This document shows, one piece after another, positions 28,101 through 38,800 of a stretch of DNA of 53,460 nt (positions are counted from its first letter, which is position 1; every line of letters begins with the position of its first letter). Position numbers and translations under genes: made by a program. The DNA comes from a virus. Its lineage: Duplodnaviria > Caudoviricetes. Location: IMG/VR virus record IMGVR_UViG_3300032224_000722, positions 1-53,460 of that record; one strand, 5' to 3'. The notes beneath the pieces were generated by a model. That model did no database searches. It saw only the letters and a list, made by a program, of their open reading frames with translations, and had not been told where the DNA came from.

Positions 28101-31100
28101 TTCCATTTAACCAACCAGCAGTTTTAATGTTGATATAGTTTGTACCAATACCGCCGGCAACTTGTATTGCATTGCCGCCGATGGTCGCTGTATTAGACAG
28201 CGCACTGGTACTTGAGAATATGCCAGTAATTGTGGCAGTACTCATTTGAATATATCTAAACGATGCTGTTGTTTGGCTTGTGAATGTTCCCCAAGCAAAT
28301 GTCGCACCGCCAATACCAACTCCACCTGTTACAGTTAATGCACCAGTTATACTGCTCGATGCAACTGTAGTGGTTGTAATGTTGATTGGTTTGTTAATTG
28401 TACCGCCGTTGAACGCAAAGTTGCCAATGGTTGCGGTTGTAATAATAATTCCGCCAGCAATAGTACCGATAGTTCCGACGTTAATCATGTCGGCATAAAT
28501 GCCGCCAGTTACTAGTAGAGCGTTTGCGCCAGGAGTAGTTGTGCTTTCGGCGCTGTTTGCAATACTTACAATACCGCCAATATTTACGTTACCACCAATG
28601 CCAACTCCGCCGACTACTTGGAAAGCACCGCTTTGTGTATTTGATGATTGTGCCTGACTTGTGAATACTGTGTCAAATGGATTATTTGTAGTAACAACCT
28701 GCGATCCACCAACCCATGCACCTAGCTGTACATTTAAGGTGCCGCCAACGTATGCGCCACCGGTTACACCTAAACTGTTTCCGGTTTGTGTAGTTGTGTT
28801 AGAGTAATCACCAAGGATGTTAACCTTTTCGCCGATGTTGACTTGTTTAGCAATACCAACACCACCTGCTACTTGCAATGAACCAGTTTGTGTATTAGTA
28901 GACGGTGTATTAGCAGAAATAATAGCGTTAGCTGAATATACATTGCTCCATACTAGACTTGCTGAACCTAAATTATAGTTCAATGTTGTAGCTGGTACAA
29001 CACTTGCACCACTTGCCCAGCTAGTGTTACCGTCAAATAAGAATGAAGCTAGGGTAGCGGTTGATGCACCTATCTTAATACCAGATCCAGTTGCCTGGCC
29101 TGCTATAGTAGATGCAGAACTTAATGTTATTGTCTTATCGCCAGTTTGTATTCTTGTACTGTCAATGATAGTTTGAGTACCATCGATGAACAAATCACCC
29201 AAGATATGTAAATCTTTGCCAACCCATAAGTTAGCACCAATACCAACACCACCTACTACTTGTAGTGCGCCAGTTTGTGTATTTGTTGCATCGGTTGCGT
29301 TGGTAATACGCAACGCATTATTGATGTCACCACCACTGAAACTATTCAATGTTGATGTTGTAACAATTTGTGCGCCATTGATGAAACCGCTTGTTTGTAC
29401 ATACAGATTGTTTGCGCCAATACCGCCAGTAACTTGCAATGCGTTACCTGAAATACTAGTAGTAGTAAACAATGCATTATTAACAACAACAGTCGCCGTT
29501 GTAGTTGCACCACGTTTAGTTACAGAATCTAAGGTGCTTGTATTCCATAAAGTAATATCACCTGATCCTGCTGTTATTGAAGTATCTGTGCCGGCTGTGA
29601 TACTTGTTACACCAGTGTTAACAATGTTTACAGTACCAGTTGATGCACTAGCACTTAGGCCTGCGCCAACTGTAATTTGTGTTACACCAACGTTTGTAAT
29701 TGTCAATGTAGCAGATGGGCCTTTTATACTAGATGTACTTAAACTAATGCCCGTACCTGCATTTACATTAATAGAGGAAATAACACGGTCGTTGCCGTTA
29801 TCAAAAATTGCAGAGGCAAATAGTGATCCATATACGTACGAATTACCAACTATCCTGTTGTCGCCACCGACATATAAATTCTTACCAATACCAACACCGC
29901 CTACTACTTGTAGTGCGCCTGTTGCAGTTGAAGCACTTTGAGTTGGGTCAACATTGATTAATGGAGAGTGGATTGTTCCGCCGTCAAATACTGAAGTGTA
30001 TTGTGCTAGGTTCGCTGTTGTAACAACGCGAGCTGTTCCTACCCATGCATCTTGACTGATATATAAATGTGCGCCAGCGATGCCGCCAGTTGTTCCAATG
30101 CTATTACCAGAGATAGTTGCGGTGTTGAATACTGTGCTAGTCGAAGTAGCTGTATCAAAGTGTACAGTCTTAACATATAAATCTGACCATTGTGCAGTAT
30201 TAGAACCTAAACTAAAATACGTGTCAGTAAACGGAATAATGCCGCCCTTACTGATCCAATTGCCGCCGTAGCCACCGCCATATCCATCAAACAAGAAACT
30301 TGCCCAACGATCGGCTTCAAGCCCGTCATCTCTACCAACAACAAGTCCAGATCCTTGTGCAAGGATTGAGCTCACTGATAGTGTGCTTAAGAATATTACC
30401 TTGTTACCAATGTCAACACTTGTGCTGTTGATACTAGTAACAGTTCCTGCGACTGTTAAACTTCCTTGGATCGTTACTGGACCGCCAATATATGCGCCAC
30501 CGTTTGGAATGTTTAGTGCAGTTGAAGATGTACTAGTAATTTGTAATGGTGTTGTAATTGCTTGGCCGCCGACTAAATTACCAATCGTAGCGGACGTTAC
30601 AATTTGTGCTCCACCAATATAACCGTAATTACTAATATATAGATTTGATGCGCCGATACCACCAGTGACTGCTAGTGCATTACCTACAATAGTCGTTGTA
30701 CTAACGTTAGCATTAGTTAATGAAACTGCAACAGCTGATGAGTTTCCTCGACCAAGTGTTGTATCAAGTGTGCTTACATTATTAACTGTAATTGAACCAG
30801 TGTTTGATGTTACAGAAATATCTGTGCCACCATATAACGACTGAACACCTAAGTTAACAATATTAATAGTCGAAGTCGTACCCGATTTAGTTACGCTTGC
30901 ACCAATGTAGCTATCTGTAGTAGCTGTAATATTTGTTAGTACAGAGCCGCCACCTAAAAGATTTAAGTTGCCACCTACTGTTAAGTTTCCGCCGATACCA
31001 ACACCGCCATCAACAATTAACGCACCTGATTGAGTGCTTGTTGATTGTGCAAGATTAGTAATATGTAATGCGTTAGGAACTAGGCCGCCAAGTGCTGTAC

Positions 31101-34100
31101 CAATAGTTGCAGTTGTAACAATCTTAGCATTACCAATGTAGCCCCAATTAGCAATATATAATGTTTGTGCGCCAATACCACCAGTGTTTACTGTAATAGC
31201 ATTGCCAGCAACAGTTGTAGTACTTGATAGTGTACTTCCGACAAATATACTTTGTCCTACGCCAATGCCACCTACTACTTGTAGAGCACCGGTTGTAGTA
31301 GAAGTTGCATCTGTACTACCTGGAATTGTTAAATTCTGAACACTAAAATTACCGTTAACTTGCAAGTTACTTTGTACAATGGTCATTGTACCGGCAGGAT
31401 TAATATTAATGTTGCCTGCCGCACTACCTAATGTGTTTCCACTAATAAGCATTTGGCCAGCTTGTACACTACCTGGTAAAATATTTGTCGAATTTGTACC
31501 GTTACTAATTTGTAAACTTGCTAGACTTGTTAGATTTAAGTTTGAGCCACCAAAGCTGACATTACCAGTTGCTTGGCTTACATAGAAGCTACTACCGACA
31601 CGGAAGTCACCACTTTGATCAACAGTTTGATAATAAATCTTACCACCGTTGGTTTGTATCACTTCGTTGGCTTGTACCGCCAGGCTTGCATCATCAGTGA
31701 TGTCACCGCCTGCACCAATAAAGCTCATGTTGAACGCAATTAGTTTTAAGTCTGTACCAGTACCGTTAGCAATAACACCTTGGTTACCAAACACAGCCGC
31801 ACTACCAATAGAGCGTAGTTCAGCACCGAACTGATGATAGTCTGCTAGAACAACTTGTTTAGCACTTGCCGGACTGTTACCAGTTGAATAAATGTTTTGT
31901 GTTTCTGTAACATCTGTATCGAACTGTTGACCACCAGAGGCACCATTCATGTGCATCAATAATACAGTGGCGCTATCATATCCGAACGGGTTGCTAGCTA
32001 ATCCAAAAGAACTTGCGTAACGAGCAACATTACTTACACGGAATTCATCAATGTAACCAGTTAGATACCATTGACCGTTAGTTGAATCAGCACCAATGTC
32101 TAACGGATCATTATTAGTTACGCTAAACGTGACTCCTGTTTGACTTGCTTCGATATTGCCGTCTAAGAATGTTGTAAGTTTATTATTAGTAGTATCGCGG
32201 ACCATTGCAACATGATGCCACGCACCTGTTGTTATTGTGGTCGACCCTGTTAAGGTAACAGAGCTATCTAAACCTACTAGTACGCCTGCCGCACTAATTT
32301 GTAAACCAAAACTAGTTGACGGTGTTGATGGATTTCCTTTCTGGAAAATAGTCTGTGTTGTACCGATAGCCGATATGTTAATCCAACATTCAAATGTAAA
32401 TGCACCGACACCAAACTGCAATGATGAATCGCTAAGAATTTGTAAGTAATCGCTAGTCGCCGAATCAAATTTAGCACTTGCCGTACTAAACTTATAAGGG
32501 CTAATAACTGTTTGAGCACTACCGTACGGAGTAACTACTTTTGAGCTACCTGTAACTGCGGGTCTGAATCCGTAGGCCGGACCTGATATATAAACGTATG
32601 TACCATCGTTAGCCGCAATAGTTCCAAGAGCTAGAATAGGACCTAGAGGATCTGCATAGTATAATGTATCGCCGGCTGTAAATGTTCCGCTTATGTTTGC
32701 TAATTTTAATCGTGTACGACCAATACCGCCTACACCAGCTGAACCTGCTTGAGCATTAATTGCCTTGCTAGCAAAATAGAAGAATGTGTTTACTATTTCT
32801 GCACGGGCACCGTTAGTCATGAACAAACCAGTAGCGGCTGGAACAATGAATGTTACTTCATTGAACAGCATTGTTGGTTCTAGTGAGTTAGCATTTAGTA
32901 CGCTGGCATCTAAATATGCACCGTTACCTGCGTTTCCTGAGTTATAACCATACGGATCTAACGTAGTAGTTGTAGTACCTTTGGTTATGAAACTTACTCG
33001 TTCAACGTACGGAGATTTAGTAGTAATTCTTGCGCCTGTGGCAAATTTTACACCGTAACCTGGACTGAAATAACCGCCTACTACTAAATCGCTTAGAGTA
33101 GTTTCACCATTCATTAAGAAGCCAGACTGTGTGTTAGTTCCGCTTGTTGGCTGAACTATAGTTGCACGGAGGCCCGAACCTTCTACACTAACCCCGACTG
33201 GGATAGTTAATGGAAATGCTTCGTTGAACGTACCTGGACCAATATGTACAGTACCGCCCGACGTTACTACACTCAATGCTTTGGCAATAGTAAGAAATGC
33301 TGTTGCTGGTCTTAGACCATCGTTCGAATCGCTACCGTCTACACCAACGTAATAAACGTTAGCTGTATAATAATTTAAGTTAACGCTGTTAGCATAGATA
33401 TTTCCAGTATTTGGCTTCGTTGACAAATATAAGGATGAATTAGGACTTGTAATTGTTCCTACAAATTGTGTACCAGTAGTATAAACGTTTGATAAGAAGC
33501 TTGAATTGCCAGCAAATGAGTTTGCACCAGCCAAAACTGATAGGCTTTGGTTGATAACAACTGGGCCTTGAACATTTAAATTACTTTCAAATCCAACACC
33601 ACCGTCGACAATCAATGCGCCAGTCTGTGTACTTACTGATACAGTACTAGAAGTAATATGGATCGCATTAGGAATAATGCCACCTAAACTATTATTAATA
33701 GTCGCTGTCGTTAAAATCTCACTGCCGTTAATGACACCGGCTTTTTCCAACATAATACTATAAGCATAGATACCGCCAGGACCTGTGCCGCCTTCGCCTT
33801 TTAGATATAAAGCGTTAGTAGCGGAATTAGTAGTACTTGCAAGACTGTTGTTTAATACAATCTGATACGAACTTGTGTTGCTTCGAGCAGTAGTTGATTG
33901 TAATGTTGATAGATTTTGTATTGTAAGGTCATATGATCCGGAAATTGCTAGATCACCGTTCGGACCTACCGGAACTGCTAGAGTTCTAACACCAGTATTA
34001 ACAAGAGTAACTGCACCTGTTTGACTATTAACTGTGCCATTAGCAGAAATTCCAAGACCTGGAACAATACTTGTAACACCAGTATTTGTTAGTGTGACTG

Positions 34101-35736
34101 TTACTCCGGATGCAGTAGTTGATACTCCAACTGTAATACCAGTTGAACCAACAATACTTGCACTACCTAGAACTCTACGACCGTAATCATAAATCGCTGT
34201 AGAATATAAACTTCCATTAAAACTTGCGCCACCTGTGACAATTAAATCGCCTGTACCATAGCCCGTCGCCGCGTTTCCGCCTGCTAGTTTTAATACACCA
34301 AATTTAGCGGTACCTAAGTTACCGCCAGCAAGTGGGTTAGTTAATATTTCTGTTAAGCCGCCTGGCTGGACATCTGTTAAGTATGTAAATTCGCCGCTTG
34401 CACTTACTCGACCAAAGAACGCATGGTTATCAAATGTTGTGTTTGAACCTGTATTATAGTGAACAACAATACCGCGATCAAAAGTGTCGTTAATTGTTAG
34501 TGCTGTATTATCTTTGCCGGTACCGATATCGATTAATGGGCTTACAATAAATGTTTCTGTAGAGTTAACAGTAACAATCGTATATGTACCTAGTACATTT
34601 AAACTGCCGTATATAGTAGTATCGCCGGCGACGTGTAATGTTTTTCCAATCCAAAGATCTTGGCCAATACCCACACCACCATCTACAATCAGCGCACCAG
34701 TTTGTGTACTGACTGATGTTGTGGAATTATTGATCCGCAATGGATTCGCAATGTTTCCGCCGATGAATTGATTGATAGTGCTAGTTGTAACAATCTGTGC
34801 GCCGCCTTGATAGCTGGTATTAAGAACGTTAATACTACCAAAACTTGCGCCACCTAATACGTTAAGAGCATTAGATGTTGTGTTGTATGTCGGACCGGGA
34901 TTCGCAGAAGAAGTTGTAAGAGTTAAAACTTGATTAGTTAGTCCGCCGCGGGTAGTAACAGACTGTAATGTACTAATATCGCTGATTAAAACGCTACCAG
35001 TGCTACCGCTTAATTGAATGTCACTGCCAGCTACGACCTGTTGAACACCTACGTTGGTAATCGTGATATTACCAGTAGCTGTGTTAATGTTTATACCGGT
35101 GCCGCCGGTTAGACTTAGAACACCAGCATTGCTTAATGTAATTGAAGGATTAAGGGCACTTAATTGTCCACCACCACTTAAACCTGTTCCTGGAACTACA
35201 GTTAACAATGTAGGAACTTGATAGCCTAAACTGTAAATTGCGTTAGTTGCGCTGATAAAGCCGCCGACCCATAAATCGCGACCTATACCAATACCACCCG
35301 GTGTACTTAATGCACCTGTTGTGGTACTTGTTGAATTAGTTGTTGTATTGATAAGCAACGGTTCAGAGATGACACCACCTTTGAAACCGTCAGCTTGTGT
35401 TAAAATTTGTGAGCCTTTAATAAAGCCCAAGCCACCGATATTAATCGATCCAGCGTAGATACCACCGATAACTTGTAATGCGTTACCGTCTGGACTAATA
35501 GTCGATGTATTAATTGCAGAGCTAAGAACCTTAGCTACATCGCTTACTCTTAATTGTGCTAATGTAGCAGATGTAAGGACGTTAAGCTGGCCGCCAACGA
35601 AAACGTTGCCGCCGATGCCCGCTCCACCGGGTGTAGTGATTGCACCTGTCTGGGTGCTAGTTGAATTGTAGTTTGCTATGTTAGTAGCACGAACCACAAG
35701 ACCATTTTTGACTATAAAATCGTCATTGTAAGCCAT
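22177..35736 (-). CDS. Giant modular fibre/virion protein (4519 aa)
   Basis: Dozens of ST(S/T)TGALxVxGGxGIG repeats; a pectin-lyase-like beta-helix (about 31550-33360) with an inserted LamG domain (about 31940-32500); YadA-like repeats (about 23755-24345); a beta-sandwich (about 22790-23340); a C-terminal KSFLIDHP...LEGPENGVY chaperone-like domain. GGAGAGG RBS and TAAATA at 35778-35783. Confidence 0.85.
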   Translation of the reverse strand: MAYNDDFIVKNGLVVRATNIANYNSTSTQTGAITTPGGAGIGGNVFVGGQLNVLTSATLAQLRVSDVAKVLSSAINTSTISPDGNALQVIGGIYAGSINIGGLGFIKGSQILTQADGFKGGVISEPLLINTTTNSTSTTTGALSTPGGIGIGRDLWVGGFISATNAIYSLGYQVPTLLTVVPGTGLSGGGQLSALNPSITLSNAGVLSLTGGTGININTATGNITITNVGVQQVVAGSDIQLSGSTGSVLISDISTLQSVTTRGGLTNQVLTLTTSSANPGPTYNTTSNALNVLGGASFGSINVLNTSYQGGAQIVTTSTINQFIGGNIANPLRINNSTTSVSTQTGALIVDGGVGIGQDLWIGKTLHVAGDTTIYGSLNVLGTYTIVTVNSTETFIVSPLIDIGTGKDNTALTINDTFDRGIVVHYNTGSNTTFDNHAFFGRVSASGEFTYLTDVQPGGLTEILTNPLAGGNLGTAKFGVLKLAGGNAATGYGTGDLIVTGGASFNGSLYSTAIYDYGRRVLGSASIVGSTGITVGVSTTASGVTVTLTNTGVTSIVPGLGISANGTVNSQTGAVTLVNTGVRTLAVPVGPNGDLAISGSYDLTIQNLSTLQSTTARSNTSSYQIVLNNSLASTTNSATNALYLKGEGGTGPGGIYAYSIMLEKAGVINGSEILTTATINNSLGGIIPNAIHITSSTVSVSTQTGALIVDGGVGFESNLNVQGPVVINQSLSVLAGANSFAGNSSFLSNVYTTGTQFVGTITSPNSSLYLSTKPNTGNIYANSVNLNYYTANVYYVGVDGSDSNDGLRPATAFLTIAKALSVVTSGGTVHIGPGTFNEAFPLTIPVGVSVEGSGLRATIVQPTSGTNTQSGFLMNGETTLSDLVVGGYFSPGYGVKFATGARITTKSPYVERVSFITKGTTTTTLDPYGYNSGNAGNGAYLDASVLNANSLEPTMLFNEVTFIVPAATGLFMTNGARAEIVNTFFYFASKAINAQAGSAGVGGIGRTRLKLANISGTFTAGDTLYYADPLGPILALGTIAANDGTYVYISGPAYGFRPAVTGSSKVVTPYGSAQTVISPYKFSTASAKFDSATSDYLQILSDSSLQFGVGAFTFECWINISAIGTTQTIFQKGNPSTPSTSFGLQISAAGVLVGLDSSVTLTGSTTITTGAWHHVAMVRDTTNNKLTTFLDGNIEASQTGVTFSVTNNDPLDIGADSTNGQWYLTGYIDEFRVSNVARYASSFGLASNPFGYDSATVLLMHMNGASGGQQFDTDVTETQNIYSTGNSPASAKQVVLADYHQFGAELRSIGSAAVFGNQGVIANGTGTDLKLIAFNMSFIGAGGDITDDASLAVQANEVIQTNGGKIYYQTVDQSGDFRVGSSFYVSQATGNVSFGGSNLNLTSLASLQISNGTNSTNILPGSVQAGQMLISGNTLGSAAGNININPAGTMTIVQSNLQVNGNFSVQNLTIPGSTDATSTTTGALQVVGGIGVGQSIFVGSTLSSTTTVAGNAITVNTGGIGAQTLYIANWGYIGNAKIVTTATIGTALGGLVPNALHITNLAQSTSTQSGALIVDGGVGIGGNLTVGGNLNLLGGGSVLTNITATTDSYIGASVTKSGTTSTINIVNLGVQSLYGGTDISVTSNTGSITVNNVSTLDTTLGRGNSSAVAVSLTNANVSTTTIVGNALAVTGGIGASNLYISNYGYIGGAQIVTSATIGNLVGGQAITTPLQITSTSSTALNIPNGGAYIGGPVTIQGSLTVAGTVTSINSTSVDIGNKVIFLSTLSVSSILAQGSGLVVGRDDGLEADRWASFLFDGYGGGYGGNWISKGGIIPFTDTYFSLGSNTAQWSDLYVKTVHFDTATSTSTVFNTATISGNSIGTTGGIAGAHLYISQDAWVGTARVVTTANLAQYTSVFDGGTIHSPLINVDPTQSASTATGALQVVGGVGIGKNLYVGGDNRIVGNSYVYGSLFASAIFDNGNDRVISSINVNAGTGISLSTSSIKGPSATLTITNVGVTQITVGAGLSASASTGTVNIVNTGVTSITAGTDTSITAGSGDITLWNTSTLDSVTKRGATTTATVVVNNALFTTTSISGNALQVTGGIGANNLYVQTSGFINGAQIVTTSTLNSFSGGDINNALRITNATDATNTQTGALQVVGGVGIGANLWVGKDLHILGDLFIDGTQTIIDSTRIQTGDKTITLSSASTIAGQATGSGIKIGASTATLASFLFDGNTSWASGASVVPATTLNYNLGSASLVWSNVYSANAIISANTPSTNTQTGSLQVAGGVGIAKQVNIGEKVNILGDYSNTTTQTGNSLGVTGGAYVGGTLNVQLGAWVGGSQVVTTNNPFDTVFTSQAQSSNTQSGAFQVVGGVGIGGNVNIGGIVSIANSAESTTTPGANALLVTGGIYADMINVGTIGTIAGGIIITTATIGNFAFNGGTINKPINITTTTVASSSITGALTVTGGVGIGGATFAWGTFTSQTTASFRYIQMSTATITGIFSSTSALSNTATIGGNAIQVAGGIGTNYINIKTAGWLNGSPILTANTLNSYSGGTINNVLIINSSTQSVNTTTGALQVVKGGAGIGGNVWSGGSYNFIDPTFVTQGYFGPAADLSTVQLGAYSNQPVAILVNNAEVARFAIGATGFGNANPVFGIDLVSPNSQAGSASTISNMLSLVSTNWATNFSADIPTFEITQTSRDSGNSFENWISVGEQFAGIAQALVFAGGNYYNNGGTPTVAEWARFTPAGNFVLQNQIQAPTELITSSNNSTSTIAGNALQVTGGIGASRLYLSQEGWIAGGKIITTANASSIAFNGGTITTPLYINTTTQSSSNISGALRVQGGAGVLLNLNVGGVATMNGGLVSVNNTFTNINTITLGSLNVGGNTTFTTSTAASGITAGLAGVVVSGGLAVNKNVIINDTATIASSVASTTTIAGNALSVTGGIGGKSIYLTDVGYINGAQIVTSSTINSFSGGSISNALNLSNLTNAVNTSTGALTVAGGVGVGLDMWVGGSLHLVGDLYVDGIQTIVDSTRIQTNDKIIYLSTGSTNATLASSSGLAIGPVGATYASLLFDGISTWQSGANLSPSTSGGFNLGSASLPWNTQYVQFSRINGATQSTTATNGTLIVTGGVGVSGNLNIGTSATIASQLFNLVQANVTQNALYVAGGVGAQYLNIANSGYVAGSPIITAANIAGYQFSGGTITGILTSTNTTSAFSTQTGAIQSQGGIATGNNLWVGNAAMILGTTSSAISTTSNALQVVGGIGAYSIYLANNGYINGSQIVTAATINNFSGGTINSSLTVNSSTQSVSTTTGAFQVTNGGVGIGGNIWAGGYANIGGTANQAVTLGTTATGSLQVLGGASITGGMNIGGNVYFAQKIGVGTTNPGVSPGNATLEVNGDTVVGAGNSSRVQITSGGGANAIYEVQGSETGYRWQIGSNLVTIGVAGLGFMNQNQTLSAGGAAVGAVSGLSGNLGLYTSNGSSLTIRSLIDTSGNMILGITTPTTPLAKLDVRGSFRAQSGNTEHVILSNNASQYVALNITRTNTGNTADFRIGVNGSAANFSPSAQAGDTTIGFSSNIYFANQNSYEVAKITPTGLVITTATVASSASSGALQVQGGAGVTGNFYVGSASSFTGAVFVASALASTSTKAGNALIVTGGIGASSLWLDNPGWINGYQIVTTANIGSFTGAFNGGTVTNPIYINNTTNATSTSTGALYTTGGIGLSKDLWVGGNATVVGAATFQSTIGASGIVTISNASSATTAVAGNALQVTGGVGVAGTIYSGGDHYIGTMRVGLGGGAVASNIAVGVGAINAVASGTYNVGIGSNALTSLSSGNYNIGIGLQALQNAGATVNNVAIGTQAMNGGTPGSSSVAIGYQAAQTAQGNYVVAIGQGALAGAGVTNTGASNIGIGYQAGNVITSGARNTIIGYQSGLTLAGGSQNVLLGYQAGQSITSGGNNVIIGGNNGSGISSSNNNVIISDGAGNIVFSANSTQAVTVPGVTNFTNATTASSTITGAVIIAGDMGVRDIYARNIYANGSLVGSGGSGGGGSSTSTPYIAVTSGTVAISTASGALQVYGGGSLYGNLFVGQKLIVNKAYDDSGSYVQVGGPIESTSNVSGASLYASGGNNLLYYSQDWSVSNSNWTKIAGSAGLNATTSPDGTTNATLLTESGATGNHYFQQTLTGVTGPVTFSIYAKANTRTFIALYVNAGGSAHGVYFNLSTGAYQAGPTPLYNTTARIDPVGYYGWYRCQITVWASPSAAITTFGVYSAQGYDTLLSGTNTSYAGTGGAGAYIWGAQGEAGYLAGPYQVTTNALVTANNNIYAGGSLYIANTATVNNAQVVTTATLMTNLGLYGSTPNSLIINNATNSTSTTTGALQVVNGGVGIGGNAYVGGTLYATAKSFLIDHPTKKGYKLQYGSLEGPENGVYVRGKLEGRVIQLPDYWLSLVDMDTITVDLTPIGKFQKLYVERIDAGTGSIFIDNDSMLGGPCKCFYTVWAERKDIGKLNTEFKG

Positions 35737-35807
35737 TAGTTTCCCTCTCCACGTCTGGCAATAATTGCTGTATCAACTATTTACCAAAGAAAGAGAAACT
35801 TGGTGTT

Positions 35808-38800
35808 TTATCTGCTTAGTGAGGTACGGTGTACTTTAACTGTTAGGGCAGTTGGAGTGTAATTTGGAGTAAATGTTAGGGTAACCACAGCACCGTTTAA
35901 TTGTGCGTCAAACGAGCCCAAATCTCCGGTATTACTTGCCATACCGTATTCAGTGATATAACAGCTAGTTAATCCATCGTGGAATACTATTAATTCACTA
36001 ACGTACAGCTTGTTAGGTTGTCCTCCCGGAGTTACATCAACTACTTGCACAAAGTATTTGGCGCTTTGGTAATTTGCAATACCAAAACTATCCAAACTCA
36101 GCTGTGCCTGGGCACTTACAGTTGGGCTTGTATAGGTATAGATTTCACTATTACCGATGTTTAGGTAATTTCCGTTGATATCTCCGTTACCTTCGATATT
36201 TAAATCTCCACCTATTCCGACACCACCTGTTACTACCAATGCACCTGTAGTAGGACCGTTACTTACAGAGTTATCTCCGACATAAACTTTGCCGTTGTTT
36301 ACATATAACGCCCATGGACGGGTAATATTTGTAAATCCGTTACCTGCGGTTGGGCTATTTTTAATGTAAACTGTAGCTACATCGTTGTATGTTGTTGCTT
36401 GACCGCTGGTTGCACTTAGAGTAGGCTGACCGAATACGTTAACGTGTGCTGATCCAACAACTCCTTGCGAGTTTGTATCTTGGTATGTAGCATCTAGTAC
36501 TGCTATACCAACACCTTGTTGTCCCCATGCACCTCTAATTACAGTTCCAGAACGTGTAATAGTTCCAGTTGATACAATATTTCCAGTGTTGAGCGGTACA
36601 TTGACATTTACACTATTCTTAAAGAATTGCGTACTTGTTGTTCCTGCTACACTTACGTAAACTTGTTGTACTGCTGTTCCAGTGTCAACAACTGTTACAC
36701 TAGATGTACTTGCAAAAATCTTATCAGGATTTAATCCTAAGTATCCGCCGGCCGCAAGTACAGTTCCTTGTACGTATAAATTATTGGCAATACTTACTCC
36801 GCCTGCAATCTTAACAGCACCAGTTGTTGTACTTGTAGCTGTTGTAGCATTAGTAAACTGTGTAACACCTGTAATCACAGCACTTGGTGCGCTTACTGTT
36901 GCAGTATTTGCGGCAGTTAAATTAACTGTAGCGGCCTGTAATGTAATACTACCTGCATTGCCCGGGACATTAAACAATGCGCCGTCATTTGCAAGAGCGG
37001 TAATTGAACTTCCAGTGAATGTATAATCAGCTATAACTGCGGTTGTGGCATTTAACGATCCAATAACAGTTGCATTTCCGCCAACAAACAAGTTTTGACC
37101 AATACCTGCACCGCCGCCAACTACTAATGCACCGTTAGTTGCATTAGTCGATGTGGTGTTATTGTTAATAGTAACTGCGTTTGTAGTTACGTTACCGTGA
37201 TCAGTTACAGATTGTAAAGTTGCATAACTCCAAACCGTAACGGCTCCAGTTGCCGCGCTTACGTATGTATCTGTACCTGCTGTAAGTGCTGTTACACCTG
37301 CGTTGGCAATAAACAGAGATCCTGTACTTGTTGATAGTGTAATACCAGATCCAACTGCTGTAATATCAGTTACACCAACGTTACTGATCGTAATGCTTCC
37401 TGTACTTTGATCAACATTAATTCCAGTACCTGCTGTAGCACTTGTGACACCTAAGTTAACTAATCTTACAGATCCAGTTGAAGTACTTGCACCAGGTATG
37501 GTTCCGATTGCGCCAATACCTACACCAACAGTGATTGATTGAACACCAATGTTTGTAATTGTTACTAATGCACCAGTTGTAGTCGATAGTTGGATACCTG
37601 TTCCAGATGCTAGGTTAGTTAAACCTGTGTTGGTTAATGCGATAGTGACACCAGATGCTGTGGTTCTAGTACCTCCACTTAATCCAGGTCCTAACGCTAA
37701 ACTGATATTTGTGCTTAACGGAACACCGTTTTGCAAGAATGCGCTGGCATTAATTGCTCCGCCGGCATTGATGTCGCCACCAACACCCAATCCGCCTGGA
37801 CCAGTAATTACGATAGCACCAGTTGTTGTACTTGTAGAAGGTGTTAAGCTGTTGCTAACGATATCTTTATAAACAATACCGCCGTTAAAGTTACTTGCTG
37901 TAGAAATTAAGAAACCGTTTAATATCAAGCTACCGCCGATATATACGTCTTTATTAATTCCTAGTCCGCCTTGAATCTGTACTGCACCTGTTTGCGTACT
38001 GATTGTATTAGTTGGATTTGTAAATGTAACTTGTCCTGCAAGGGTTGAATTCCCGCCAACTCCAATACCGCCAGCAACCTGTAAGTCACCAGTAGTCGGA
38101 CTCGTTGAAGCCACTCCACCTAATAGGTGTACATCGCTGAATAGTGCGCCACCTATAGTACCAGTAGACGAAAATGGGTTTGGAACATCGGTAACACCGC
38201 CTGGCCAAATATTTGTTCGGAATGTAAACTTGCGAGTCAAGTGCTCCATACCAATAAATGCATGAGCATCTGCGGCAACGGTTGCGCCAGTATTGTAGTG
38301 AACTAATACACCTTTATCAAATCCGTCATCTGTAGTTAATGGTGCATTATTAATTCCAGTTCCTACATCGATAACTGGGTCATCAATAGTAACTTGAGTT
38401 GAATTAATAATAGTCTGCTGACCTTGAACTATTAGGTTACCAGTAATTAATGCAATGCCGCCAACTGTTAAATTGCCAACTGTACTTGTACCAGCAAATA
38501 GTGTGCCAACTGTGGCGCTTGAGCCAACAGTTAAACTACCGCCAATTGTTGCTGTATTATAAACATTAAGAGCTGTGCCGGTCGCAGTTAATGTGATCGC
38601 TTTATCAGTAACTGCGCCACGTGCTGTTACTAGTTGCAAAGTATCCACACTTGCAATCGCAACGGAACCAGTATTTGCTGTTAAATTAATGCCGCTACCG
38701 GCTGTAACATCAGTAACACCAACGTTACTAATTGTAACATTACCTGTTGTGTTGCTAATATTGATGCCTGTTCCCGAACGAGCACTTAGTACACCAGTGT